Source of the DNA: Octopus vulgaris
Lineage: Eukaryota
Direction: 5' to 3'
Assembly (NCBI GenBank): GCA_951406725.2
Contig: OX597817.1
Location: 17,484,001 to 17,548,000, forward strand
DNA length: 64,000 nucleotides
Shown: positions 27,034 to 40,078 of the stretch, in pieces
Numbering within the stretch: the first letter of the stretch is position 1
How the letters are laid out: every line of letters starts with the position of its first letter
The notes under the pieces: generated by a model
The model's input: only the letters and a program-made list of their open reading frames with translations
Databases searched by the model: none
What the model was told of the DNA's origin: nothing
Translations under genes and position numbers: made by a program

Positions 27034-27653
27034 AATGAATTATATATTTGTATCCGTTATAAGAGTTGAGAATAAAGAATTTTTCAAAGAGGAAATCAAA
27101 GTCATGGATGATTATTCTGCATTCTGTTTACAAGCACAATTGTATAAACAGCCGCGGGGTTCAGGTGGTGGACTGCTAACCACAAGGTCTTAAGTTCAAA
27201 CTTTTGGCACAGTCAATAAGATGCATAGCAATGTTTCTTGCTTGATTGCCAATAGGTTCTGCAATTAATTCACAGGTGAGTGGTAAGTAAGAGGAAGGAC
27301 AAACATTATAACAAAAACTATCCCATTCATAGTAAGTATACATATATATATATGTGTGAGTGTGCATGTGCATATGTGTGAGGTAATATAGCCATCCATC
27401 CATCTCTCTCTCTCTCTCTCACTCTCTCTGAGTCCATACAGGAGTACCAACTTCAACAGTTTTAGTCAATCATATCAACTCCCAATACTTATATTAGTTT
27501 GGTATTTATTTTATATACCTTTATTAATCAACCGGCTAAGATACATATTTGACATAAAGGGACACAACTTGATACACTGGTTTACACACACAGAGGTTTA
27601 CACAGATACATACATACACACACACTGCATATGTTCAAGTATATATATATAGT

Positions 27654-27835
27654 TAATCCAAACAAGAAAACACAAAAAAACACAACAACGCGAGGACGCT
27701 CAGGAAAGAAGGGAAGAAGGAGGGTTTAACGTTTCGAGCGGAGCTCTTCGTCGGAAACATAGGAGAAGGAAAGATCCAGAGAAGGGAAGAGAGAGGAAAA
27801 AAATCGCCAATGGTACACACGAGGTCACACACATA
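27654..27835 (-). mobile_element. Penelope-like repeat end with minimal hammerhead motif
   Basis: Minus 27758-27724: GTTT-CCGACGA-A-GAGC tcc GCTC-GAAA-CG-TT-AAAC. Confidence 0.6.
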
Positions 27836-28427
27836 TATGCACACACAGATTAAGTAACGAATATTCAATTTCCCAGCTTCTCAAAGAAAAAAAAAACAGG
27901 CAAAAATAGAACAATTACAAAAGAGAAAAAAAACCTAGTAAATGAATAACATTAAAACTTTGATATTATTTCTGTGGTGTTATTCTTATGGTGATATTGT
28001 TGTATTAGTGTATGTATTTTACAAGTTGATAAAAATTATTGAAGGTGACTAGTAGTTCAATGTCAGAGAACTTGGCTGATCAATTGAACAAGACTTCCTC
28101 ATGTAGAAGACTGCATGTGACTGTGGCTTTATTTAGATAAACTTAGTGTGACACAACAATAACCATGCTGGTTAAAAATAATAAATCTCCCCTTAATAGT
28201 GCATTTGGATAATTCTAGAAAAAAAAAACCAAGAACCACTCGCAGGAAGTATGTAAATGAACAAAAAGAGCTGTTAGGATTTATTTTTAGCAAAAATTAT
28301 GGTTTACTGAAAGTAATAGTTGCATGTGTTTTAAGATTGTATTACTGAAAGAAGAGCAACAGATTCTGAAAGATCTTGTGTAAAGACATCTGAAATTTAA
28401 CATGTTGATGCATTATCATAATTAGAA

Positions 28428-28647
28428 TTAACCCTTTTGATACCAATCTGCCTGAAACTGCCCCTGGAGTACAAATATCTTGTTTTCAAAAGTTCTGAAT
28501 TAAAATCTTCCACCAAACCTTAGTCACAATTTATGTTCCTAACACTAGATTAATGATAACTAAGTTAATTTATTAAATTCTTTGTTATATTTAAAATTGA
28601 AAGAAACACAGAGCATCTCAATGGAAATATGGTAGCAAGAATGTTAA
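28428..28647. mobile_element. piggyBac-type MITE, family A (diverged)
   Basis: TTAACCCTTTT start; interior near-identical to 19631-19858. Confidence 0.7.
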
Positions 28648-29371
28648 GTAGAAAACTGGCAGAATCATTGGAGAGCCAGACAAAATTCTTGTAGTATTTC
28701 TTCCAACACTTTATGTTCTGAGATCAATTTCTACCAAGGTCAACTTTGATTTCGTCCCACTAGGGATCAATAAAATATCAGTCAAATACTGGGTTTTGTG
28801 GTACTAACTAATACCCTGTGCCTCAAACTACAGACATTGTATCTCAATCAGAAACAGTTATCATGGTTGGAATATCACCTGGTAGAAACTGACATTATAA
28901 AAATATAAAGTTGAAGACTGCCAATGGTAATATTTTATATGGGGATACATTAAACTGAAATTTTAATAATAATAATAACAATAATAATAATAATTGGAGT
29001 AATTGTTGAATTGGTAAAGGACCATTTAGCACACTTTTCATTAGAGTAACAGTTGATGATGGGATAATGTTCCATCAGCCTGTTAGGGAGCATTTTGGTG
29101 ATGTGTATTGTGTTTGAACAAGGAATAAGTTGTAATGAGAAGTATAGGGGTCAAGTAACTGAAGATGTTGAATATTTATGTGAGAAGATGTTTGGTAAAT
29201 GCTAGAATAAATTCAGAATTACTTCACATGGTGCAAGTATGACCTAAAGAAATTAGTCCTTTTACCATGAAAATCAGTATATATCCACTCAAAATTTTTA
29301 TTACTCTTAACTGCAGAAAGTAGTTTTATGCATCAATCTATCTTTTGTCATGGTGGAAATTATTTGCCACT

Positions 29372-29660
29372 GAGCTCGAGCATGGACGTTGCCAGTGCCA
29401 CTGGACTGGCTCGTGTGCAGGTGGCACATAAAAAGCACCATCTGAGCGTAGCCAATGCCATACCGGCTCTCGTGTCAGTGGCACATAAAAGCACCCACTA
29501 CACTCTTGGAGTGGTTGGCGTTAGGAAGGGCATCCAGCTGTAGAAACTTTGCCAGATCAGATTGGAGCCTGGTCTAGCCTTCTGGCTCGCCAGCCCTCAG
29601 TCAAACTGTCCAACCCATGCCAGCATGGAAAGCGGATGTTAAACAATGATGATGATGATG
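29372..29660 (+). mobile_element. RTE-tail element
   Basis: ggagtggttggcgttaggaagggcatccagc core and (gat)n tail. Confidence 0.8.
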
Positions 29661-29974
29661 AGATATGTCAAGTTTATTGAGTCACCTTGACTTGTAGAAA
29701 ATGCCAATTCTAGTTTTCAGTAGATATTTAATATCGTTGCTGGAATAAATATGAAATTTAATTATGCAATTAAAGAATTAAAACATTGATACATGTGCAA
29801 GTGAATAATATATACTTATGTCAAGAATTAAAAACTACTCTTAATACTTGTGGATACAAAATCTGGGTAACTAAAAGTAATAAGATTTATGAATAAAAAA
29901 AAGTGGAATCAGGAAAATACTAAGAACTATGTCTGCCAGAAATGGTGTTCCAGAAACTTTAGTATCTGACATTC

Positions 29975-30361
29975 TCTCTCTCTTTTACTCTTTTACTTGT
30001 TTCAGTCATTTGACTGCGGCCATGCTGGAGCACCGCCTTTAATCAAGCAACTTGACCCCGGGACTTATTCTTTGTAAGCTCAGTATTTATTCTATCGATC
30101 TCTTTTTGCCAAACCGCTAAGTGACGGGGACATGAACACACCAGCATCGGTTGTCAAGCAATGCTAGGGGGACAAACACAGACACACAAACACACACACA
30201 TACACATATATACAATGGACTTCTTTCAGTTTCCGTCTACCAAATCCACTCACAAGGCTTTGGTCGGCCCAAGGCTATAGTAGAAGACATTTGCCCAAGA
30301 TGCCACGCAGTGGGACTGAACCTGGAACCATGTGGTTGGTAAACAAGCTACTTACCACACA
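29975..30361 (-). mobile_element. tRNA-derived SINE (major family)
   Basis: Matches 17101-17500. Confidence 0.9.
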
Positions 30362-30829
30362 ATTTCTAAATAATGGCTTGGATACATGGCTAAATAAGAT
30401 CACATTTAAACCTATGAAAATACATCTATATTATCCAGAATCAAATGGAAATGCTGTAAGATTGTTTTGAATGTTAAGACAGGTTTAAAAACATATTCAC
30501 CAAGTAAAATTCCTATCAAGGCATATTTAAGCCACAAGGTTTTGCATCGTTTTTAGTCCGTCTATATTAATTGGACAGATAAATGTGATCGACAAAATGT
30601 TGAGAATGTGGGATGGGTGACAAATCAGGGATAACTAGTAGCACAAAAATAGGGATGAAATATGTGGGGTTCTGTTCACATATAATTACAGCAGCAGAAT
30701 AAATAGTACTACAGTCAGAAAGTGAAGGAAGGATAGGTGTTGCAAAGTGAAGTAGTGGGGAAGGCCTGACAAGCACTGATGGAGTGCAAGTAGCATAGAC
30801 ATGAACAATATGTTTTCAGGGCCTCATTT

Positions 30830-32030
30830 TTTTGGCTAAGATGGATGGATTTTCTCAAGGCATGATAAATCATTCATCTCAGTCTCTTGTCTTCTCCTCT
30901 GAGAGGCTCAACAACCTGGAATCAGCCTTCACTATTTTGCATCTGATTTCCCTGGGTTTCCTTCTTCCACAGGTTTCATCCACATTTAGCAATCATCACT
31001 TCTTTATGCAGCTGTCATCATCCATACTCATCCCATGACCATACCAGTGCAATTTATTTTTTCTTTTGCATACTACATCTGATGCCTCTTATGCCCAATT
31101 TTCTCTCAACACATTTGCACTTTGTTGCACACACACACTAACGCTGCACATCCAGTGAAGTATGCTAGCTTCATTTATCTCTAGTCTTCACACGTCTTCT
31201 GCATTTATGGCCTACATTTCACTACCATATAAGCACTGCTGTTCATGCACAAGCATCATACAAACTGCCTGTCACTCTGAGTGAGAGGCCTTATGTTACT
31301 AGCAAAGTTAATAGCTCTCTGAACTTTCTCCACCTAGTCCTATTCTAACAACTACACTCTCAAAACATCCTCCTCCACAGTTAATAAGGCAATCTAGGTG
31401 ACAGAAACTATCCACTAAGGAGCCACATGGGCATTTAAGAAATCTATTTTCTGGATGTTCCTACTGCTTATTACTCCAGCACATCTGCCACAGACAATCT
31501 TTGTTCTCTCTGTCAAGCATCATATGATTCCACTTACACACCTTATGTATTTATAATTTGCTCTGGGCACATCATATGAAATCTCTACCAACATGGTCAT
31601 TTTCCTGAAGGAAATAGTGTACTGTCTGTTTTCTTGCCAAGTAAAACTTTGGTAAGTTAAATTTAAGGCCCTCTGATCCCAGGTTTCGCTTCTGCACATG
31701 GAATTTTTCTAATTCTATGACAGATTCAGCTATAAGAGCAGAATCATCAGCATAGTGGAGTTCCTACAAGAACCTAGTCTTAAGTTCCTCTGTTATGGTC
31801 TGAAGGACTATGATGAGTAGGATGAAACTGAGAGCTGAACCCAGTGAACTCTTACTTGCACACTAAATTTGCTATCATACTCTCTGCTAACATTTATCTG
31901 ACAAACAGCATGTCTGTACATGGCTTGAATGACTCTCAGCAGCCATTCGTCTACCCTTAGCTTCACCAATGACCACCAGATCAGAGAGAAAGGAACACTG
32001 TCAAAGGCTTTCTCCAGGTTGACGAAGTGT
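30830..32030 (-). mobile_element. Degenerate RTE-clade LINE reverse-transcriptase region
   Basis: VNLEKAFDSVPFSLIWWSLVKLRVDEWL; YADD at 31754-31743; many stops and frameshifts. Same family as 61380-62420. Confidence 0.85.
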
Positions 32031-32044
32031 ACAGTTCTTTACAC

Positions 32045-32110
<66 letters not shown>

Positions 32111-33056
32111 TATGTGCATGTAAATGATACAGATGTGTGCATGGGTATATACATAAACATATATAATAGCCAACATAAATGTTAATCTGTTGCTTGATTT
32201 CTCCAATCACACTTTACATCATATAGTTCACTGATCTCAGTATTTGGTTAGTAATTCATTTAAGCAACTCCCAAAGGATGAAAGAGAAAGTTGACCTCAG
32301 TACAATTTGAACTCAGAACCTAAAGAATTGGATGAAATACTGCAAGGCATTTTATTCAATGCTCATATGATCCTGCCACCCGTAATAATACTAATAGTAG
32401 TGTTTTTTGAGTTAGATACAAGACCAATAATTTTGAGGGTAAGAGATCAGTCGATTATTTGATGGCTACTTTCTTGACTTCAAAACTATGAGAAAATCAA
32501 AGTAGAGTTTAAATCTCAACAGGATTTAAACTCAGAATATAAAGTGATGAAAGTAAAACAGAGATACAGAGAAAGCTGACATATGAGGTGCAGAATGAAT
32601 GCGCATAGAAGGCTTGGTGGCAGGCAATGAACAGAGGAACACCATACATACACATATACACACTGAATAAGAGAGGTAGAATGATAGAGACAGAAGAGGA
32701 GGAGAAGAAGAAATAAATGACTAATTATGAGAGGAGTTATAGAAACGAGAAATTTGTTTTATTTAATTTTATTTTAAAGTAATAAATATTTTTCTTTTGA
32801 ACATTAATATTCCTTTCGGATATTGTATAAGCACCAAAAAAATTTGTTAAAAGTTAAATTATAATTATTTCCTGATATTATAATTATTTCCTGGTGGAAA
32901 AAGTATATTTCCAAAGTTACCTACTATATGGTGCACAGACATGCACGCACACACACATGTATGTATGGGTATGTGTGTGTGTGTGTATACATATGCTCCA
33001 GCATGGCCACACCCTTTGGGCTGAAGCATAAAATACACATATATATATACTGTGCG

Positions 33057-33242
33057 GGTGGCACATAAAAAGCACCCACTACACTCATGGAGTGGTTGGC
33101 ATTAGGAAGGGTATCCAGTCGTAGAAACACTGCCAGATCAGACTGGGCCTGGTGCAGCCTTCTGGCTTCCCAGACCCCAGTTGAACCGTCCAACCCGTGC
33201 TAGCATAGAAAGCGGATGCTAAATGATGATGATGATGATGAT
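33057..33242 (+). mobile_element. RTE-tail element
   Basis: Same core and (gat)n tail. Confidence 0.8.
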
Positions 33243-33646
33243 ATATATATATATATATATATATAGGACAAGTATGAACCAATACAATCTTTGATCGAGA
33301 GACCTAGTGGAAGAATGAATAGAGGGAGCTCAGAGGATGTAAGGTGATGGTTGTTAGGAAGAGATACAATGCATGTTTGAGTAGGTTTTGCTGCAGGTGG
33401 TCAGGTGTTCTGTAGTATCACATACCACCAATCAGCATGGTTGTCATTCTCTCTGTGAGATGCAATATCTTCAGATCAGCCTTCACTTCATCCCCGAGTC
33501 TTCCTTGGTCTCCCTTTCCCACAGGTTCCATTAACTTGGAACTTCTTATAGCACTTCTTTATGCAGCAGTCATTCTCCATATGCATCACATGCACATACT
33601 GATGCAGCATTCTCACTTGTACACTACACTGAATTTCTTTTATAAA

Positions 33647-34024
33647 CACCATCCGAGCGTGGCCGTTTGCCAGCCTCGTCTGGCACCTGTGTTGGTGGCA
33701 CATAAAAAACACCATCCGAGCGTGGCCGTCTGCCAGCCTCGTCTGGCACCTGTGTTGGTGGCACATAAAAAACACCATCCAAGCGTGGCCGTCTGCCAGC
33801 CTCGTCTGGCACCTGTGTCGGTGGCACATAAAAAACACCATCCGAGCGTGGCCGTTTGCCAGCCTCGTCTGGCACCTGTGTTGGTGGCACATAAAAAACA
33901 CCATCCGAGCGTGGCCGTTTGCCAGCCTCGTCTGGCACCTGTGTCGGTGGCACATAAAAAACACCATCCGAGCGTGGCCGTCTGCCAGCCTCGTCTGGCA
34001 CCTGTGTTGGTGGCACATAAAAGC
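33647..34024 (+). repeat. 63-bp tandem repeat x6 inside an RTE-tail element (33645-34206)
   Basis: Unit caccatccgagcgtggccgtYtgccagcctcgtctggcacctgtgtYggtggcacataaaaaa. No unique spacers. Confidence 0.95.
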
Positions 34025-34438
34025 ACCCACTACACTCTCGGAGTGGTTGGCGTTAGGAAGGGCATCCAGCTGTAGAAACACTGCCAGATCTGACTGGAGC
34101 CTGGTGCAGCCTTCGGGCTTGCCAGACCCTAGTTGAACCGTCCAACCCATGCTAGCATGGAAAGCGGACGTTAGACGATGATGATGATGATGATGATGAT
34201 GATGATCCAGTTTTTCTCTCAGCTCATTTGTATCCAAGTGTTCATGTACACTAGCATTATCCATCCAACAGAACATGCAGCTTCATTTCTTTCTGTCCTT
34301 CACACGTCTGATTCAAGGCCCACATTCACTACCATGCAAGCATTAGAAAAATCTGCCTTTCACGCTGAAAGGGAAAGCCTTATTGTCATTTAGAGGTAAT
34401 AGCTACCTGAACTATTTCTAATCCATCATTGTCCTGGC

Positions 34439-34847
34439 TACTCTTTTACTCGTTTCAGTCATTTGACTGCAGCCATACTGGAGCACCGCCTTTAGTCGAG
34501 CAAATCGACCCCGGGACTTATTCTTTGTAAGCCCAGTACTTATTCTATCGGTCTCTTTTGCCAAACCGCTAAGTGACAGGGGACGTAAACACACCAGCAT
34601 CGGTTGTCAAGCAATGCTAGGGGGACAAACACAGACACACAAACATATACACACACACACATATATATATATATACATATATACGACAGGCTTCTTTCAG
34701 TTTCCGTCTACCAAATCCACTCACAAGGCATTGGTCGGCGCGGGGCTATAGCAGAAGACACTTGCCCAAGATGCCACGCAGTGGGACTGAACCCGGAACC
34801 ATGTGGTTGGTTAGCAAGCTACTTACCACACAGCCACTCCTGCGCCT
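34439..34847 (-). mobile_element. tRNA-derived SINE (major family)
   Basis: Matches 17101-17500. Confidence 0.9.
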
Positions 34848-35130
34848 ATACATTCTGAACAACCATCTCATCTGCTAACTATATCACCTAATTAACATAG
34901 ACCAACTACTTTGGCTGAGCCAGTAGGGCATTTTAGAGAGTCTATTTCTCTTGTACTCCTTGTGCATATTACTTCAATGCTTTTGGCACACACAAAGCTT
35001 GCCCCCACTGTTAGCCAGCCAGTGATTCTGTGACACTGTGTGGGTTCATATCTTACTCTATGTATAGCATATGATGTTCCTTTACTGCATATCAAACAAG
35101 ATCATTGCCTTCATATATATATATACATAT

Positions 35131-35276
35131 AGGTGTGACCTCTGCAAACGAGACTGCCACTCTCGCATCGGTCTCTACAGCCACAGGAGGGGTTGCAAAA
35201 ACTGAATAGACAACACAACAGACAGATGACATCATCCATGGTCAGCTATGACCGACAGAGGCCACAGACAGACAGA
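35131..35276 (+). mobile_element. RTE/BovB-like LINE extreme 3' end
   Basis: CDLCKRDCHSRIGLYSHRRGC* zinc-finger-like C-terminus, short 3'UTR with ggtcagctatgacc hairpin, and (acag)n tail. Confidence 0.75.
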
Positions 35277-35320
35277 TATATATATATATATATATATATA
35301 TACTCTTTTTAAATTTTTTT

Positions 35321-35707
35321 TACTCTTTTACTTGTTTCAGTCATTTGACTGCGGCCATGCTGGAGCACTGCCTTTAGTCGAGCAAATCGACCCCGGGACT
35401 TATTCTTTGTAAGCCCAGTACTTATTCTATCGGTCTCTTTTGCCGAACCGCTAAGTAACGGGGACATAAACACACCAGCATCGGTTGTCAAGCAATGCTA
35501 GGGGACCAACACAGACACACAAACATATATATATACATATATACGACGGGCTTCTTTCAGTTTCCGTCTACCAAATCCACTCACAAGGCTTTGGTCGGCC
35601 CGAGGCTATAGTAGAAGACACTTGCCCAAGGTGCCACGCAGTGGGACTGAACCCGGAACCATGTGGTTGGTAGACAAGCTACTTACCACACAGCCACTCC
35701 TGCGCCT
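35321..35707 (-). mobile_element. tRNA-derived SINE (major family)
   Basis: Matches 17101-17500. Confidence 0.9.
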
Positions 35708-36342
35708 ATATCCTTCATATATATATATTATTGATATCATCATCATCATTGTTTGTTTTAATCATCACTTTTCCATGCTGACATGGGCCAGACAGAAATT
35801 TATTGAGGCAGATTTTTTACAGCTGGATTATCTTCCTATTACCAATCCTTACATGCTTCCAAGCAAGGTAATGTTTCCCCATGGCCAGACCTGTTTTTGC
35901 AGGACATTGGAAATGAATTGGAAACAGTCACATGATGTCAAGACAAAAAGATATAAACACTCACACATACACACACACACACACTGATAAGTATTAGTAA
36001 GTAGGAAAGAAGACAGGACCCTAGTATCATCAGATGTGTGCTTAGTTATAAATATCAGTTAAGTATTGGCGACTTGCTCTGCTCCTCAAAATGTTTGGCC
36101 TTGTGACTATAGTAAAAAAAATTATTACTTTCATGAAAGAGAGAGAGTTACATGATCCAAAGCATTTTCATGTGTTGTATGTAAGGCAAAGACATGGTAG
36201 AACTTATCCTTCTCTAAAGCTAATCCCTTGGAAGCTTTTAAATACAGCCCCTAGCTAGAAATATATTCATCATCACCAGTCCCAATTTAACATTTTTCTT
36301 ACAGCTAAGTATACAGAGGTATGAAACATTATCTTGCTCACC

Positions 36343-36409
<67 letters not shown>

Positions 36410-37951
36410 GTGTGTTTGTGTGGGTGCATGACATGGTAATAAATCCATTAAAAAGATTTCTTAAGGCACCAAGTTCACCTTTTTTTCTAGTTTGCTTAAT
36501 TACATCAAATAAATGAAGAAGTAAATAAAAATAAACATTTCTCTATAATCTATTTTTATCTATGAAAATAATGGTTTCAAATTTTGGCACAAAGCCAACA
36601 ATTTCAGGGGAGGGGTTAAGTTGATTACATCAACCTCAGGGTTCAACTGATACTTATTTTATTGATCCCAAAGGTAAAAAAAAAAAAAAGGGCAAAGTCG
36701 ACCTCAGTGGAATTTGAACTCAGAATCTAAAGCCAGAGATGCCACTAAGCATTTTGCTTCGCATGTTAATGATTCTGCCAGCTAGCTGCCCTATTTATGA
36801 AACTAATAATATTAATAATAATTGCTTCAAACATAGGCACAAGGCTAGAAATTTGGAAGAAGGGCTTAGTTAGTTCACTGATCTCAGTATTTGGTTAGTA
36901 ATTCATTTAAGCAACTCTCAAAGGATGAAAGAGAAAGTTGACCTCAGTACAATTTGAACTCAGAACCTAAAGAACTGGATGAAATACTACAAGGCATTTT
37001 ATTCAATGCTCAAATGATCCTGCCACCCATAATAATACTAATAGTAGTGGTTTTTGAGTTAGATACAAGACCAATGATTTTGAGGATAAGAGATCAGTCG
37101 ATTATTTGATGGCTACTTTCGTGACTTCAGAACTATGAGAAAATCAAAGTAGAGTTTAAATCTTAACAGGATTTAAACTTAGAATATAAAGTGATGAAAG
37201 TAATAATTATTTCTACTATAGGCACAAGGTCAGAAATTTTGAGGGGCAGTGCAAGTTGATGACATAGTCCACAATATTTAAGTGATACTTATTTTATCAA
37301 CCCCTAAGGGATAGAAGGCAAAGTTGACCTCAGCAGGATTTGAACTCAGAAAAATGAGTAGAGCATTTTTCCAGAGCTCTAATGATTCTGCCACTTTGTC
37401 ATCTTCTCATGATGGAATTTATGATAATAATAATAATCCTTTCTACTATAGGCACAAGGCCTGATTTTTTGGGGAGGAGGGAAGTAGTCATTTATATCAG
37501 TCCCAGTGCGTAGCTGGCATGTATTTCATCAACCCTGAAAGGATGAAAAGCAAAGTTGACCAGGGTAGAATTTGAACTCGGAATATAAAGATGGACAAAA
37601 CGCCACAAAGCTATTTTGCCCAGTGTGCTAATAATTCTACCAGCTCATCTAACAATAACTAATTATGAAAACTTACCACAATAATATTATAATCTATTAT
37701 CAGAAGCTTGAAGAGTACCATTTTCTCCTGCCTTTCTTTTTATTTTGAAGTAAAAAAAAATCTAGATATAACCATAAATTCTTAACTTAATTTATGAAGT
37801 TTAACATTTTGTTTCTTATAGGTTTTCATTTATTAATGTAACTAAATTTAGGAATTAAGTTTGTGTGCTGTCTTTTTCTCAACTCTCTATTGCAAATGTA
37901 TCCTTTAATAATTTCCCTCACACTCCAATTAAGGAATATATATATGAGAAA

Positions 37952-37993
<42 letters not shown>

Positions 37994-37994
37994 C

Positions 37995-38349
37995 TCTATA
38001 TAAACGGCAGTTTGTCTGTGCGTTTTCTGTGTGTCTGTTTGCGTGTACCCTCACCCTGACCACGGCTTTCAACCGATTCTGATGAAACTTGACACACACA
38101 TAGCCCAATGTCATAATTCAAAACTAACGCAGCGAAAATTTTGAAAAGTTCCTCCAGTTCTGAAAGATCGATAAATTGACATGGGGTCGAGAATTAGAAA
38201 CCAAACCACAGACCGTCTAGGGGACGCAACTCCACCTTTTTAACTTTCAAAAAAATTTACCATCATTTTTTCCATTTTTTTGCTATTTTTATATATATAT
38301 ATAAATGTTTATAGTTATTTCCTACAAACCTGAGCAACGCGGATACTAG
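37995..38349 (+). mobile_element. Non-autonomous Helitron-like element
   Basis: 5' TCtatataaa; 3' cctgagcaacgcgg...CTAG followed by T. Confidence 0.65.
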
Positions 38350-38462
38350 TATATATATATATTGTCAATAAATTATCAATCCCAAAAAGAATCACACTCT
38401 AAATTATAGAGCAGTAGAGTATATAGATAAAGATAGATATAGCCAGTCAATATATATATATA

Positions 38463-38820
38463 TCTGTATATATAAAAGGCAGGATGTGTGTGTGTGTGTA
38501 TGTGAATGTAATTTATGCATGTCTACAAATTAGCATGCATGTCGCTCCAATTTTAGGAGGACATTTATCATGACCCTAGCTGTATTTTCGTTAACTTATT
38601 TTCCCCAGAGGCACCAGCAAATAGCAGTAAAAATAAATTTTCAACCAAAACTTTTTAAATTTTCAAGTCAGAGAAATCACCATTGTTTGCAAACAGGAGT
38701 TAAGTCCCTTCCTAGTGACGAGTAAGTTTTAGCTAAGACTTTTGTTGTTTTGTTTCATCAAGGAAAAAAGTGCTTTGTTGATATATGGGCAACACACACA
38801 CAAACATGTATGCATACAAA

Positions 38821-38858
<38 letters not shown>

Positions 38859-38863
38859 TGCCC

Positions 38864-38894
<31 letters not shown>

Positions 38895-39014
38895 AATTTG
38901 AACAGATTTTGCCAAAATTTAGTGTTGATGTTACTTAGTTTGGTTTGAAATAAAGAACTTGATTAGCTTAATAATCCTAACTTAATCCCGGGCAAAGCCG
39001 GGTTATACTGCTAG
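38463..39014 (+). mobile_element. Non-autonomous Helitron-like element
   Basis: A|TCtgtatatataaaagg ... subterminal hairpin cccgggcaaagccggg, then CTAG|T. Confidence 0.7.
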
Positions 39015-39459
39015 TATATAAACATATATAATTCTTCCAATGGTTTCTTTCAGTCTTCAGTCATTGGATAGCAGCCATGCTGGGGCACTGTCTTTAAATC
39101 TTTCAGTCAATTATTATATTGATACCCAGTAGGTTTTGTAATTATTTTATAGATTTTTATTTATTAAATGGCTAGATGCACCTTAGCATAAAGGGATGTT
39201 ACTCAAGAGAAATAAATATCACAAAATATTTTTGTTTGACATATTTATGTATTGGCAGCAATTCCCTTGCCAATATGTGCATGTGCACACACACACATCT
39301 TTGACAAGCTTGCACACAGTTTCCAGCTACCAAATATTACTCACAAGGCATTGGTCAACCCATAGCAATGAGAGAAGACACTTGCTCAAGGTTTCATCAA
39401 GTGAGATCAAACATAGAACCACATGGTTATAAAAAGAAAATCTTAAACACAGCATCACA

Positions 39460-40078
39460 ATTTATTTGTGTTTTCTAAATAACAAACCAAAGCTATTTGC
39501 AACCAAATCACAATATCATTAATTCCAATTCAAATTAAATAACGACCAAGAAAATTTATGTAAAGTGAAGTTGGTTTTGTTAAACATGACACCATCTTAA
39601 CTGATTTGCAGTTGCCAGCAGTGATTTTTCTGCAATATGCATTTAAAATGTGGAGAACAATACCATATTTTTAATTTTGATTTTGACAGCAATATTTGAC
39701 TACTAATGTTATTAATAACAAATAAACAGATATATACATACATACATATATTTAATGTGTTATATATAAATTTCATGTAAATATATGTAATGTATTTTAT
39801 ACATATATAATCATACATTTATGCATTATGTACACAGACAGTTGGATGCATGCATTAAATATCTATATTGTGTGTAATTTTCATTTTTTGTTTTTTTCTT
39901 TGGTTTTACTCTTTTCATATTGTATAGAAGGTATTTACAAGCACACTGGCATATTACATTGGATATTGATGGTGTTTACAGTTGATTTACAAAAATAGAT
40001 TCTTCATGAAAATGATTTGAAAGACCATGGTTCACACTGAACAGAGCCAGGAAAATTAATATGAAACTTGAGTAATAT
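39460..40078 (-). other. STK11IP: Probable non-coding terminal (3'UTR) exon of STK11IP; 3' end uncertain
   Basis: Strong acceptor ttttcattttcccttttctctttcatattttccag| at 40079, paired with the donor at 41160. Candidate AATAAA at 39466-39461. Confidence 0.5.

Larger units (their letters stand above)
33400..35110 (-). mobile_element. Old RTE LINE fragment split by two younger insertions
   Basis: Collinear minus-strand RTE ORF2 pieces at 34855-35110, 34207-34435 and 33400-33644 (...GTCGKGRPRKT), interrupted by insertions at 33645-34206 and 34439-34847. Confidence 0.7.

Noticed and set aside
33647-34024. CRISPR-like array or repeat-protein ORFs (212 and 262 aa)
   Set aside because: Pure tandem units without unique spacers, in a eukaryotic context with no cas genes. 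The ORFs arise because the 63-bp unit lacks stops.
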